Assembly: GCA_036667875.1 (NCBI GenBank)
Contig: JAVWTD010000006.1
Location: 1 to 51,045, forward strand
DNA: 51,045 bases
Direction of reading: 5' to 3'
Source of the DNA: Bacilli bacterium
Lineage (GTDB): Bacteria > Bacillota_I > Bacilli_A > RF39 > UBA660
The translations under genes were made by a program, and so were the position numbers. Shown one piece after another: positions 7,763 through 17,965 of the stretch. The stretch's first letter is position 1. Each line of letters starts with the position of its first letter. The notes below the pieces were generated by a model. That model was not told the DNA's origin and ran no database searches. It saw only the letters and a program-made list of their open reading frames with translations.

Positions 7763-10700
7763 ATGTTTAATAATTTATTCAATGATATTGATGAAAAAAG
7801 CATAAGTGGACTGACTCCAGAACTTAAAGCTCTCTATGTAAGCAAATATTATAAAAAGAACAAAAAGAATGTAATTTTAATCACAAATACATTATATGAA
7901 GCTAATAACTTTTATCAAAACATTTGTAATTTTGAAGACAATGTTTTACTTTTTCCAATGGATGATTTTTTGACAAGCGAAGCACTTGCTATTTCACCAG
8001 AATTAAAAACTACAAGACTAGACACTATATTTAATTCTATAGATAATAGTCCTAAAATTATCGTAACAAACCTAATGGGATATTTAAGGTTTTTACCTTC
8101 AAAAACTATTTTTTTAGATAATATTATTACTATTTCTAAAAATGATGAGTTATCAAAAAAAGATTTAATAGAAAAATTATACAAAATAGGTTATTCAAGA
8201 AGTGTAATAATAAACGGAACAGGAGAGATATCTACTAGAGGTTTTGTAATAGATATATTTCCCATAAACTATCCCGACCCAATTAGAATTGAATTTTGGG
8301 GAGATACAATTGAAAGTATAAAGATTTTTAATATTGATACACAAAGAACAACAAAAAATATAGAAAAAATTATTATTAAACCAAATACTGAGTTTTTGAT
8401 TGAAAAAGATATTGATACGTTCGGATTAAAGCAAAGCGAATTAAATAAATATACAATTCCTTTAAATATCTCAACAATAGAAAAGTCAATTTGCTTTTTT
8501 AACAATTATGAACAAATTGAAAATAGTTATAAAAATTTATGTGAAGAGATTTTTAATTATAATATAAGCAATAACATGCCATCCGATCATGTTTATATGA
8601 ATGATTTTTATAAAATTACAAACTTCGAAGAAAATTATTTTAATGATTTTGATAATAAAATTAAAAAAGAAAATAAATCTATATACGATTCAAAAGAATT
8701 AGAACCTTTTATAGGTAGTATAGATTTAATTAACAAAAGATTAAATAAATATTTAGAAAAAAATAAAGTTATTATTTGTGCAAAAGATAGATTTAAAATA
8801 AATAAGATAATTGAAATGTTAAATAACAAAAAATTTATATTTACAAATGAAAATGATATTTATGAGAATCGAATAAATTTAATTATAAAAAAAATAAATA
8901 CTAGTTTTATAATAAAAGATTATATAATTATAAGTGAGAATGATTTATTTAATAAGAAAAAAGAAGTAAAGTATAATAATAAATTTAAATTAGGAACTAA
9001 AATAAGGGATATTAACAAATTAAATATAGGAGATTTTATAGTTCATTCTGGTCACGGAATAGGAATTTATAAAGGAATAAAAACATTACTAAAAAATAAT
9101 TTAAAAAAAGATTATATAATGGTTGAATACAGAGACAACGATAAATTATATATTCCTGTAGAAAAAATAGAATTTATTAACAAATACTCTTCGAAAGAAG
9201 GAGTGCAACCTAAATTAAATAAATTAGGAAGTTTAGAATGGGAAAAAACAAAAATAAAAGCAAAAAAAAGAATAGAAAATATTGCTGGAGAACTTCTTAA
9301 ACTTTACGCAATAAGGGAATCAACAAAAGGATTTCCTTATCCAGAAGATGGTAAAGAACAAATAGAATTTGAAAAAGAATTTTCTTTTAATGAAACACCT
9401 GATCAGTTAAAAGTAATTGAAGAAATAAAAAAAGATATGGAAAAGTCTACTCCAATGGACCGTTTATTATGTGGAGATGTTGGTTACGGGAAAACTGAAG
9501 TAGCCTTTCGTGCAATTTTTAAAGCCATTTTAGGTGGAAAACAAGTAGCAATATTATGTCCAACAACTATATTGTCAAACCAACATTATAATAACGCAAT
9601 TGAGCGTTTTAAATCATTTCCCATAAATATAGAAATTCTTAATAGATTTGTTTCTCCTCAAAAAACAAACATAGTAATCGAAAAAATTAAAGAAGGAAAA
9701 ATTGATTTGTTAATCGGAACACATAGAATATTAAGTGATGATATTAGTTTTAAAGATTTAGGTTTATTAGTTATTGATGAAGAACAAAGATTTGGAGTAA
9801 AACATAAGGAAAAAATAAAACATTATAAAAATAATGTTGATGTATTAACTCTCTCAGCAACTCCAATACCTCGTACTTTACAAATGTCTATGGTTGGAAT
9901 TAGAAATTTATCATTAATTGAAACGCCACCTATGAACAGACATCCAGTTCAAACATATGTTTTATCTGAAAACAAGCAAATAATAAAAGATGCCATATAT
10001 AAAGAAATATCAAGAGAAGGTCAATGTTTTATTCTATTTAACAACGTTAGTGAATTAGAAAGTAAAAGAATAGAAATTGAACATCTTGTTCCAGATGCTA
10101 AAATTATATGTGCACATGGAAGAATGACTAAAAATGAACTAGAAAATATTATGGAAGATTTTACTAATAGAATATACAATGTATTACTTTGTACAACTAT
10201 TATTGAAACTGGAATTGATATACCTAATACAAATACACTGATAATTTATGATGCAGATAGATTTGGATTATCACAATTATATCAATTAAGAGGACGTGTT
10301 GGTCGTTCAAATAAAATAGCATATTGCTATTTAATGTATAATAAATCAAAAGTATTATCAGAAATTGCCATTAAAAGATTGCAAGCGATAAAAGAATTTA
10401 CAGAATTAGGGAGCGGATTTTCTATAGCAATGAGGGATTTATCTATAAGAGGTGCTGGAGATATTTTAGGAAGCGAGCAGGCAGGGTTTGTTGACACCAT
10501 TGGTATAGAAATGTTTATGCAAATGCTTGAAGAAGAAATAAAAAGATTAAAAGGTATTCCGGTAGAAGAAAGAAAAGATTACAACCCGCTAATAGAAGTG
10601 GAAACTTCAATATCAAATAGTTTTGTAACAGATGAAGAATTAAAAATTGAAATACATAAAAAAATTAATTCTATAAATTCTGATAACTCTTTAAATAATA

Positions 10701-11029
10701 TAAAAGAAGAATTAGAAGATCGATTTGGAACGTTAAATGACAACATTGTTATTTATATGCATGAAGAACTTTTTGAAAAAATGGCAAATGAATTAAAAAT
10801 AAATAAAGTAAAACAAATGAAGAATTTTATTGAAATAACTATTCCAAACGAAATAGTAGAGAAAATAAATATGCAAACACTTTTTATAGAAGTTTCAAAA
10901 TTAAGCAGAATGTTTAGATTTTCAATGAGATTAAAACAGCTAATTATAACTTTAGATACTGTAAAAATAGAAAAACACTTTATCTATTATTTAATAGATT
11001 TGTTAAAAGTAATCAAAAAAAATATTTAG
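7763..11029 (+). CDS. mfd: Transcription-repair coupling factor
   Basis: GDVGYGKTEVA, DEEQRFGV, QLRGRVGR, TRG motif; follows pth. Confidence 0.97.
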   Translation: MFNNLFNDIDEKSISGLTPELKALYVSKYYKKNKKNVILITNTLYEANNFYQNICNFEDNVLLFPMDDFLTSEALAISPELKTTRLDTIFNSIDNSPKIIVTNLMGYLRFLPSKTIFLDNIITISKNDELSKKDLIEKLYKIGYSRSVIINGTGEISTRGFVIDIFPINYPDPIRIEFWGDTIESIKIFNIDTQRTTKNIEKIIIKPNTEFLIEKDIDTFGLKQSELNKYTIPLNISTIEKSICFFNNYEQIENSYKNLCEEIFNYNISNNMPSDHVYMNDFYKITNFEENYFNDFDNKIKKENKSIYDSKELEPFIGSIDLINKRLNKYLEKNKVIICAKDRFKINKIIEMLNNKKFIFTNENDIYENRINLIIKKINTSFIIKDYIIISENDLFNKKKEVKYNNKFKLGTKIRDINKLNIGDFIVHSGHGIGIYKGIKTLLKNNLKKDYIMVEYRDNDKLYIPVEKIEFINKYSSKEGVQPKLNKLGSLEWEKTKIKAKKRIENIAGELLKLYAIRESTKGFPYPEDGKEQIEFEKEFSFNETPDQLKVIEEIKKDMEKSTPMDRLLCGDVGYGKTEVAFRAIFKAILGGKQVAILCPTTILSNQHYNNAIERFKSFPINIEILNRFVSPQKTNIVIEKIKEGKIDLLIGTHRILSDDISFKDLGLLVIDEEQRFGVKHKEKIKHYKNNVDVLTLSATPIPRTLQMSMVGIRNLSLIETPPMNRHPVQTYVLSENKQIIKDAIYKEISREGQCFILFNNVSELESKRIEIEHLVPDAKIICAHGRMTKNELENIMEDFTNRIYNVLLCTTIIETGIDIPNTNTLIIYDADRFGLSQLYQLRGRVGRSNKIAYCYLMYNKSKVLSEIAIKRLQAIKEFTELGSGFSIAMRDLSIRGAGDILGSEQAGFVDTIGIEMFMQMLEEEIKRLKGIPVEERKDYNPLIEVETSISNSFVTDEELKIEIHKKINSINSDNSLNNIKEELEDRFGTLNDNIVIYMHEELFEKMANELKINKVKQMKNFIEITIPNEIVEKINMQTLFIEVSKLSRMFRFSMRLKQLIITLDTVKIEKHFIYYLIDLLKVIKKNI

Positions 11030-11052
11030 AATTTTTCTAAATATTTTATTTT
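11015..11052. terminator. Bidirectional terminator between convergent mfd and ppaC
   Basis: 13-bp inverted repeat AAAATATTTAGAA / TTCTAAATATTTT with A and T flanks. Confidence 0.65.
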
Positions 11053-12662
11053 TCAAAACTATCCATAATGACTGGAATAACTTGTTTTTTTCTAGAAACA
11101 ATTCCTTCAAGATATTTACCTTGTTTTAACTCTAATCCAAAACAATTATCTAAAATGTCAAGTGAGGAATCATTGAAATATATAAATGAACCATTAGACA
11201 ATATATCTGTAACAAATAAAGCTAAAATATAATAATCATTATTTTTTGCAATAGAATTTATTAAACTAATATATTTTTCTTCTTTTTCAGTTATATCACT
11301 AACACTAACTGTAGAAATTTGACTGATTCCAATCTTTTTCCCTTCAACAGTAAAATTTTTAAAATCTGTATAAAATATTTCTTCTTCTGTTTTCCCTTTT
11401 AAAGAAGAACCAGCTTTAAACATTTCCATCCCATATTTATTATAGTCAACGTTTGCTAATTTAGAAAGTTTTTTTACAGTTGATTTGTCTATTTCAGTAG
11501 TAGTAGGACTTGCAAATAGTAATGTATCAGAAATAATTCCTGAAAGCATTAGACCAGCAATATTTTCTGGAATTGCAATACCATTTTCTTTAAATAACAT
11601 ATATACAATTGTATTACTACTTCCAACAGGCATATTTCTAAAATTTATCGGACTACTTGTACCTATACTTCCAATTTTATGATGATCAACAATTTCTACT
11701 ATTTCTGCTTCATCTAAACCATCAATACTTTGTTCATATTCATTGTGGTCGACTAATATAACTTTTTTCTTTTCTTTTTCAGATAAATCTGCTAATTTTA
11801 CAAGCCCAAGACATTTACCGTACTTATCAATTACTGGGAAATTACTGAATTTGGTTTTGTTTGCAATACTGATAAAATCTTGAACATCATCATTTTCATC
11901 AAAACAAATAATTTTTTCTGTTTGAATTATATTTTCAATATTTTTACTTAAATTAATTATTTTAGCAGTCTGAAAGGTATATTGTTCAGTCCTTATAATA
12001 TTAACTTTATTCTTTTTTGCTATTTTTAAATGTTCTTCTTTTATTTTACTATTACCTGTTAAGATAATCATTTTTGCACCATTATTTACTGCGTATTCAA
12101 TTATACTGTGTCTATCTCCTACAATTAAAATTGTATCATGATTAATATCAACATTTTCAATAAAAGTAGTACTTTTATAAGATGCAATAACAACTTCACC
12201 TTCAATGTAATCGTTAAATTTTAAAATTTCTTCCGCGTCAAGAGTTTTCACAATATTAATAAAATCAGCACTTAAATGAACTTGAGAACCTGATATTATA
12301 TCTTTAGCAATCTCTTTCATTGAAGCAGTTCCAAGATATGTAAAATCTGTATCAATAATAGGAATATTGCTTATCATATTTTGATTCATATAATTAAAAG
12401 TTTCTAACAAAGAGGCACTTTTACTAATAAAATTACTCTTATTATAATTTAAATCTTTTATTTGAAGTTTTACATCATTCAAATAATTTGGCGTTTCAGT
12501 TTTAAAATAATCAAGAACAAATTTTGTTTCATTATTTATATCTCCTAAAACAACAGGAACTGTATCCATTCCAAGTGCATTTTTTAAATAAGATAAACTA
12601 ATAGCGGCAGTCACACTATCAGTATCCGGCTTTTTATGGCCAAAAACAAAAGTTTTTTTCAT
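11046..12662 (-). CDS. ppaC: Mn-dependent inorganic pyrophosphatase (family II) with CBS and DRTGG insert
   Basis: GHKKPDTDS, VDHNE, DHH, SDTL, SRKKQ motifs; central insert with IVGDR (DRTGG-like) and CBS-like segments. Confidence 0.92.
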   Translation of the reverse strand: MKKTFVFGHKKPDTDSVTAAISLSYLKNALGMDTVPVVLGDINNETKFVLDYFKTETPNYLNDVKLQIKDLNYNKSNFISKSASLLETFNYMNQNMISNIPIIDTDFTYLGTASMKEIAKDIISGSQVHLSADFINIVKTLDAEEILKFNDYIEGEVVIASYKSTTFIENVDINHDTILIVGDRHSIIEYAVNNGAKMIILTGNSKIKEEHLKIAKKNKVNIIRTEQYTFQTAKIINLSKNIENIIQTEKIICFDENDDVQDFISIANKTKFSNFPVIDKYGKCLGLVKLADLSEKEKKKVILVDHNEYEQSIDGLDEAEIVEIVDHHKIGSIGTSSPINFRNMPVGSSNTIVYMLFKENGIAIPENIAGLMLSGIISDTLLFASPTTTEIDKSTVKKLSKLANVDYNKYGMEMFKAGSSLKGKTEEEIFYTDFKNFTVEGKKIGISQISTVSVSDITEKEEKYISLINSIAKNNDYYILALFVTDILSNGSFIYFNDSSLDILDNCFGLELKQGKYLEGIVSRKKQVIPVIMDSFEK

Positions 12663-12794
12663 AGTATTTCCTTCTTTCATGGGTTAAATAATTATATCAT
12701 ATAAATTTAATTATAGTAACCTATAAAATTTAAAAATTTCACAATTTTTTAAATTAATTATATATTTATAAGAAATTAATATTTGTAAAAAATA

Positions 12795-12823
12795 TTGAAG
12801 ATAATAAGTTTAAATGGTATAAT
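12795..12823 (+). promoter_or_regulatory. sigma-A promoter for dut
   Basis: TTGAAG, 17 bp, TATAAT with extended TG. Confidence 0.6.
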
Positions 12824-12844
12824 TTCATTATGCAGGAGGATGCT

Positions 12845-13315
12845 ATGAGAAAATTTGAAAAAATAAATATTATTCAATTTAAAAAAGATATTAAAAACAT
12901 GAACTATGAAAATTATAATTGTCCAAAAAGATCAACTTTAAATAGTGCAGGATATGATTTTGAAGCTCTAGAAGATTACATAATTAAACCAAATGAAATT
13001 AAAAAAATTCCTACAGGAATAAAAGTAGTAATGAATCGTGATGAGATGCTTATGTTAGTTGTAAGAAGCAGTATGGGGTTTAAATATAATGTTAGATTAT
13101 GTAATCAAGTAGGCATAATTGAAAGTGATTATTACAATAATCCTTCAAATGACGGACATATGTGGGTTGCTTTGCAAAATCAAGGTGAAAAAGATTACAT
13201 AATAAAAAAAGGAGATAAATTTGTACAAGGAATATTTGTTAAGTTTTTAACAGTGGATAACGAAGAGGAGATTCTAGAAAAAAGAGTTGGAGGATTCGGA
13301 AGTACATCTGTCTAA
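12845..13315 (+). CDS. dut: Trimeric dUTPase
   Basis: SAGYD, IPTG, RSS, GIIESDY, QGIF, RVGGFGST motifs; SD GGAGG. Confidence 0.9.
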   Translation: MRKFEKINIIQFKKDIKNMNYENYNCPKRSTLNSAGYDFEALEDYIIKPNEIKKIPTGIKVVMNRDEMLMLVVRSSMGFKYNVRLCNQVGIIESDYYNNPSNDGHMWVALQNQGEKDYIIKKGDKFVQGIFVKFLTVDNEEEILEKRVGGFGSTSV

Positions 13316-13423
13316 TCCTTTACAGTTTTATATTATCTTAAGAAAATATTACTTTTTTAATTCTATTATAAAGAAATATTGAACAATAATTAATCTTACA
13401 AATGTAAAGAAAGAAGGAAAATA

Positions 13424-13600
13424 ATGATTAAAGTAATTTTTGATTTATATAAAAAACTAGGAAAAATAATATTTATGTTTATTTTCCTTATTGGTCTAAC
13501 AGCTTGGAGAATTTTATACTATAAAAGCGTTATACATGTTTTATATTTTGTTATCATTGCATTTTATACAGTAAAATATGTTAGATTAAAATGTCAATAA
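13424..13600 (+). CDS. Small hypothetical membrane protein, 58 aa (not in ORF track)
   Basis: SD-like GAAGGA then ATG; MIKVIFDLYKKLGKIIFMFIFLIGLTAWRILYYKSVIHVLYFVIIAFYTVKYVRLKCQ with two hydrophobic segments; fills the dut-tatD gap. Confidence 0.55.
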   Translation: MIKVIFDLYKKLGKIIFMFIFLIGLTAWRILYYKSVIHVLYFVIIAFYTVKYVRLKCQ

Positions 13601-13623
13601 AGTTTAATAATGGAGGAAAATAT

Positions 13624-14376
13624 ATGTTTGACACACACTGTCATTTAGATGAAAACGATTATGAAAATATTGATTTAGTTATAAAAAAAATGAAAAATGA
13701 TTTTATTATTGCTAGCGGATACGATACCAAATCTAATAAAAACGTTATAAATTTAATCTCTAAATATCCTAATATTTATGGAACAATAGGTATTCATCCA
13801 AGTGAAATAAAAAATGTTAAAGAAGAAGATTTCTTATATCTAGAAGAAAATATAAATAATCCAAAAATTGTAGGAATAGGTGAAATAGGATTAGACTATC
13901 ATTGGGATAAAGATAATAAAGACGAACAAAAAGAAGTGTTTATTCGTCAAATTAAATTAGCACAAAAATACTCGAAACCAATAGTTATACATTCAAGAGA
14001 TGCAATTGAAGAAACTTATGAAATATTAGTTCAATATTTAAAAAACACTAAAGCATCTTTACATTGTTATAGTGGTTCGTACGATATGGCTTTAAAATTT
14101 AAAAAACTAGGAATCAAATTTGGAATTGGAGGAGTTTTAACATTTAAGAACTCACAAAAATTAAAAGAAATTGTTACAAAATTAGAACTTACTGATTTTC
14201 TAACTGAAACTGATAGCCCTTATTTAAGTCCAGAACCTTTCAGAGGAAAAACAAATGAACCATTTAATGTTCATATAGTAGCAAATAACATAGCAAAATT
14301 AAAAAATTGTAAAGTCGAGGAAGTCGAAAAAATCACTACTAAAAATGCTACTGAATTATTTAACATAAAACTTTAA
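13624..14376 (+). CDS. tatD: TatD family nuclease
   Basis: DTHCH, GIHP, GEIGLD, IHSR, ETDSPYL. Confidence 0.95.
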   Translation: MFDTHCHLDENDYENIDLVIKKMKNDFIIASGYDTKSNKNVINLISKYPNIYGTIGIHPSEIKNVKEEDFLYLEENINNPKIVGIGEIGLDYHWDKDNKDEQKEVFIRQIKLAQKYSKPIVIHSRDAIEETYEILVQYLKNTKASLHCYSGSYDMALKFKKLGIKFGIGGVLTFKNSQKLKEIVTKLELTDFLTETDSPYLSPEPFRGKTNEPFNVHIVANNIAKLKNCKVEEVEKITTKNATELFNIKL

Positions 14377-14403
14377 TTATATTTAAATGAGGTGATATAA
14401 AAT

Positions 14404-15102
14404 ATGCATACAGTTATAATAGATATTATTAAAAAAATAATTACTATAAGTACAATTTGCTTAGCTTCATTGTCCAGTGGATATAATATAAATGAAGAAA
14501 GAATAAATATAAGAAATATTGATAGTACTAAAATCAGTAAAATTACAAATCAAATTTCTGCTTTCGAAACTATTTATGAATATAATTATAAAATTCCTTA
14601 TGGACAAGAAAATATTCTAGTAAAGGGAAAAAATGGTGTTTCTTTTGTAAATTTTAAAAACAAGCAAATTATACTACAAGAAAAAACAAATCAAATAGTT
14701 CAAATAGGAATGGGTAAAATCGGATATTATAATGGTATTATTACTGGATATGGTCCAGACTGCGTAGGATGTGACGGACGAGGTTTAGTTTCATGTTCTT
14801 TAAAAGATGGTAGTTATCATAGTTTGAAACAAAATGGTATAAATTATACTGATTCTGAATTTGGTAATATTAGAATTTTAGCAGCTGATCAAAGAGAATT
14901 TCCATGTGGAACTATAATTGAATTGTCTAATAGTGAATTTAAAGAACCGGTATTTGGTGTTGTCCTTGATACGGGTTATTCAATGCGTAAAGCTTATGAA
15001 GAAGGAACAATTCATATTGATATGGCTTTTCAATCTGAAAGCGGACTATCCTCTATTACAAATAAAAATACTAATTTTACAGTTAAAAGATGGGGATGGT
15101 AA
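14404..15102 (+). CDS. Secreted G5 + 3D-domain protein (YabE-like)
   Basis: N-terminal hydrophobic segment, G5-like segment, TGY..LAAD..P.GT..DTG..HID 3D-like motifs; yabE position between tatD and ksgA. Confidence 0.65.
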   Translation: MHTVIIDIIKKIITISTICLASLSSGYNINEERINIRNIDSTKISKITNQISAFETIYEYNYKIPYGQENILVKGKNGVSFVNFKNKQIILQEKTNQIVQIGMGKIGYYNGIITGYGPDCVGCDGRGLVSCSLKDGSYHSLKQNGINYTDSEFGNIRILAADQREFPCGTIIELSNSEFKEPVFGVVLDTGYSMRKAYEEGTIHIDMAFQSESGLSSITNKNTNFTVKRWGW

Positions 15103-15147
15103 AAATACCCCTTTTTGTGTATAATATATTAAGAGCGAGGTGAAACT

Positions 15148-15975
15148 ATGAATTACTCTCCAAAAAAAATGCAAGAGAAAATGACAGAGAATGGTTTTTC
15201 TTTTAAAAAGAAATTTGGTCAAAATTTTATAATTGATGAAAATATAATAAATGGGATAATTTCAAGATCAGGAATAGACGAAAATACATTAGTAATTGAA
15301 ATAGGACCAGGAGCTGGTTCATTAACGAATGGTATAGCAGCAAAGGCTAAAAATGTCCTTTGTTATGAAATTGATGATACTCTTAAAACAATTCTAGATG
15401 AGAATTTGAAGGAGTATTCTAATGTTGACATTATTTATAATGATTTTTTAAAGTCAAATATTCAAGAAAATATAAAAAAATACGAATATAAAGAAATTTT
15501 TGTAGTAGCAAATTTGCCTTATTATATAACTACTCCTATAATAAGCAAGATTATTGATGACAAAATAGATGTAAGCAAAATAGTTATCATGGTTCAAAAA
15601 GAAGTAGGAGATAGATTTAAAGCTAAACCTGGAACAAAGGAATATGGCTCACTTTCTGTATATCTTAATTATTATTTTGAAATAAATAAAATAATGGATA
15701 TAAGTAGAAATGTTTTTATGCCAAAACCAAATGTTGATAGTATTGTTATTGAATTTAAAAAAAGAAAAAATAAAATTAAAGTTAATAACGAAGAACAGTT
15801 TTTTAAATTGATAAAAGATAGTTTTGTACAAAAAAGGAAAACGATTAGAAATAATCTTAGAAATTATGATTTAAATAAAATTGAATATATATTAAAACAA
15901 AATGGATTTGACTTATCAACAAGGGCTGAGCAAGTTTCAATAGAAATATTTGCTGAAATCTCAAATAATTTATGA
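15148..15975 (+). CDS. rsmA: 16S rRNA dimethyladenosine transferase KsgA
   Basis: KKFGQNF, EIGPGAG, ANLPYYIT, PKPNVDS. Confidence 0.97.
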   Translation: MNYSPKKMQEKMTENGFSFKKKFGQNFIIDENIINGIISRSGIDENTLVIEIGPGAGSLTNGIAAKAKNVLCYEIDDTLKTILDENLKEYSNVDIIYNDFLKSNIQENIKKYEYKEIFVVANLPYYITTPIISKIIDDKIDVSKIVIMVQKEVGDRFKAKPGTKEYGSLSVYLNYYFEINKIMDISRNVFMPKPNVDSIVIEFKKRKNKIKVNNEEQFFKLIKDSFVQKRKTIRNNLRNYDLNKIEYILKQNGFDLSTRAEQVSIEIFAEISNNL

Positions 15976-16622
15976 TAGGAAATGATTGGGATTCAATTTT
16001 AGAATTTGAATATAATAAGGATTATTTTAAAAAATTAATAAATTTAATAAGCGAAGAATATGATAAAAAAATTATATTTCCAAAAAAAGAAGAAATATTT
16101 AACTCATTAAAACATACAAAATTTGAAAATGTTAAGGTTGTTATATTGGGTCAAGATCCTTATCATGGAGAAGGGCAAGCAGAAGGTCTATCTTTTTCGG
16201 TTAAAAATGGTGTAAAAAGACCACCATCTCTAAACAATATATTTAAAGAATTAGAAAGTGATATTTCTATAAAAAGAAATGAAAATTCCTTAATAAACTG
16301 GGCTGATCAAGGAGTACTTCTGCTAAATTCTATATTAACTGTTGAAAAAGCAAAACCTCTTTCTCACAAGGATATTGGTTGGGAAATTTTCACAGATTAT
16401 ATTATAAAAAAATTAAATGATAAGCAATCTCCAATAGTATTTATTCTTTGGGGAAATTTTGCAAAATCAAAAAAACACTTAATTACAAATAATATTCATA
16501 AAATTATAGAAGGAACACATCCTTCTCCATTTTCAGCATATAGAGGATTTTTTGGTAGTAAACCATTTTCAAAAACAAATAACTTTTTAGAAGAAAACAA
16601 AATAGAAAGAATAAGGTGGTAA
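15972..16622 (+). CDS. ung: Uracil-DNA glycosylase
   Basis: GQDPYH, PPSL, QGVLLLN, HPSP. Confidence 0.97.
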   Translation: MIGNDWDSILEFEYNKDYFKKLINLISEEYDKKIIFPKKEEIFNSLKHTKFENVKVVILGQDPYHGEGQAEGLSFSVKNGVKRPPSLNNIFKELESDISIKRNENSLINWADQGVLLLNSILTVEKAKPLSHKDIGWEIFTDYIIKKLNDKQSPIVFILWGNFAKSKKHLITNNIHKIIEGTHPSPFSAYRGFFGSKPFSKTNNFLEENKIERIRW

Positions 16623-16624
16623 TA

Positions 16625-17953
16625 ATGGAAGAAGCTTTTCATTATTTAATGAATGATATTAATATTAAATATGGAGATTCTGTAGTTGTAGGAGTTTCAG
16701 GAGGACCTGACTCTATGGCTTTGTTACATTTAATGATAAGAGTAAAAAAAGCACTAGATATTGAAATTATTTGTGCTCATGTAAATCATAATACAGGAAG
16801 AAAAGGACAATACGAAGAACAAAAATTTGTTGAAAAATATTGTAAAACACATAATGTTGTTTTTGAAACGATGATAATAAATGATTATGGAGATGATAAT
16901 TTTCATAATGAAGCTCACGGGAAAAGATATAATTTTTTTGGAAACTTAGTAAAACAATATAATGCAAAATACTTATTTACAGCACATCACGGTGATGATT
17001 TAATGGAAACAATTATAATGAGAATAGTTAGAGGCTCGACTTTAAGAGGTTACAGTGGTTTTTCAAAAATTGTAGATAAGGGAAGTTATAAAATAGTCAG
17101 ACCATTAATTGAACTAACAAAAGAAGATATACTAGAATACAATAAGGAAAATAAAATTGAGTACGCTATAGATAGTTCAAATTTAAAAGATGACTATACT
17201 AGAAATAGATATAGAAAATATGTAATACCTCAAATAAAGAAAGAAGAAAAAAATGCTCATAAAAAATTTTATAAATTTAGTAAATCTTTATTAGAATATA
17301 ATGACTATATTGAAAAAATAGTTAAAGAAAAAACTAAAAAAGTTTATGTAAATGATGTACTTAATATTGAAGAATTTGTAAAAGAAGAGAAAATTATCCA
17401 AATGAAAATAATTTATTCTATTCTTGAACATATTTATCAAGATGATTTAATGATGGTTAGTGATAAACATGCTGAAATTTTATATGAAGCAATAAATTCA
17501 AAAAAAGCCAATCTAAAAGTTCATTTACCAAATAATGTGGAAGCAATAAAAAATTATGAAACATTAGTGCTTGCACAATTACATCAAAATCCTAAAACTT
17601 ATGATATTGAATTAAATAAATTTATAAATCTACCTAACGGTAAAAATATTGAATTAGTTGAAGAATTTGATTCAAATAGTAATTTTGTATGTCGATTAAA
17701 TAGTTCAGAAATAAAACTTCCTTTACATGTTAGAACTAGAAACGACGGAGATAAAATTAGTATTAAAGGTATGATTGGACACAAAAAAATTAACGATATC
17801 TTTATAAATGAAAAAATATCTATGAAAGAAAGAGAAGAATGGCCAATAGTAATAGATAGTATGGGTATTATTGTTTGGTTACCTGGATTGAAAAAAACTA
17901 AATTTGATAAAACAAAAGAAGAAAATTATGATATAATACTAAGGTACTACTAA
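16625..17953 (+). CDS. tilS: tRNA(Ile)-lysidine synthetase
   Basis: VSGGPDS PP-loop, TAHHGDD, RPL, RNRYR; precedes ftsH. Confidence 0.95.
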   Translation: MEEAFHYLMNDINIKYGDSVVVGVSGGPDSMALLHLMIRVKKALDIEIICAHVNHNTGRKGQYEEQKFVEKYCKTHNVVFETMIINDYGDDNFHNEAHGKRYNFFGNLVKQYNAKYLFTAHHGDDLMETIIMRIVRGSTLRGYSGFSKIVDKGSYKIVRPLIELTKEDILEYNKENKIEYAIDSSNLKDDYTRNRYRKYVIPQIKKEEKNAHKKFYKFSKSLLEYNDYIEKIVKEKTKKVYVNDVLNIEEFVKEEKIIQMKIIYSILEHIYQDDLMMVSDKHAEILYEAINSKKANLKVHLPNNVEAIKNYETLVLAQLHQNPKTYDIELNKFINLPNGKNIELVEEFDSNSNFVCRLNSSEIKLPLHVRTRNDGDKISIKGMIGHKKINDIFINEKISMKEREEWPIVIDSMGIIVWLPGLKKTKFDKTKEENYDIILRYY

Positions 17954-17965
17954 GGAGGAAAAATT

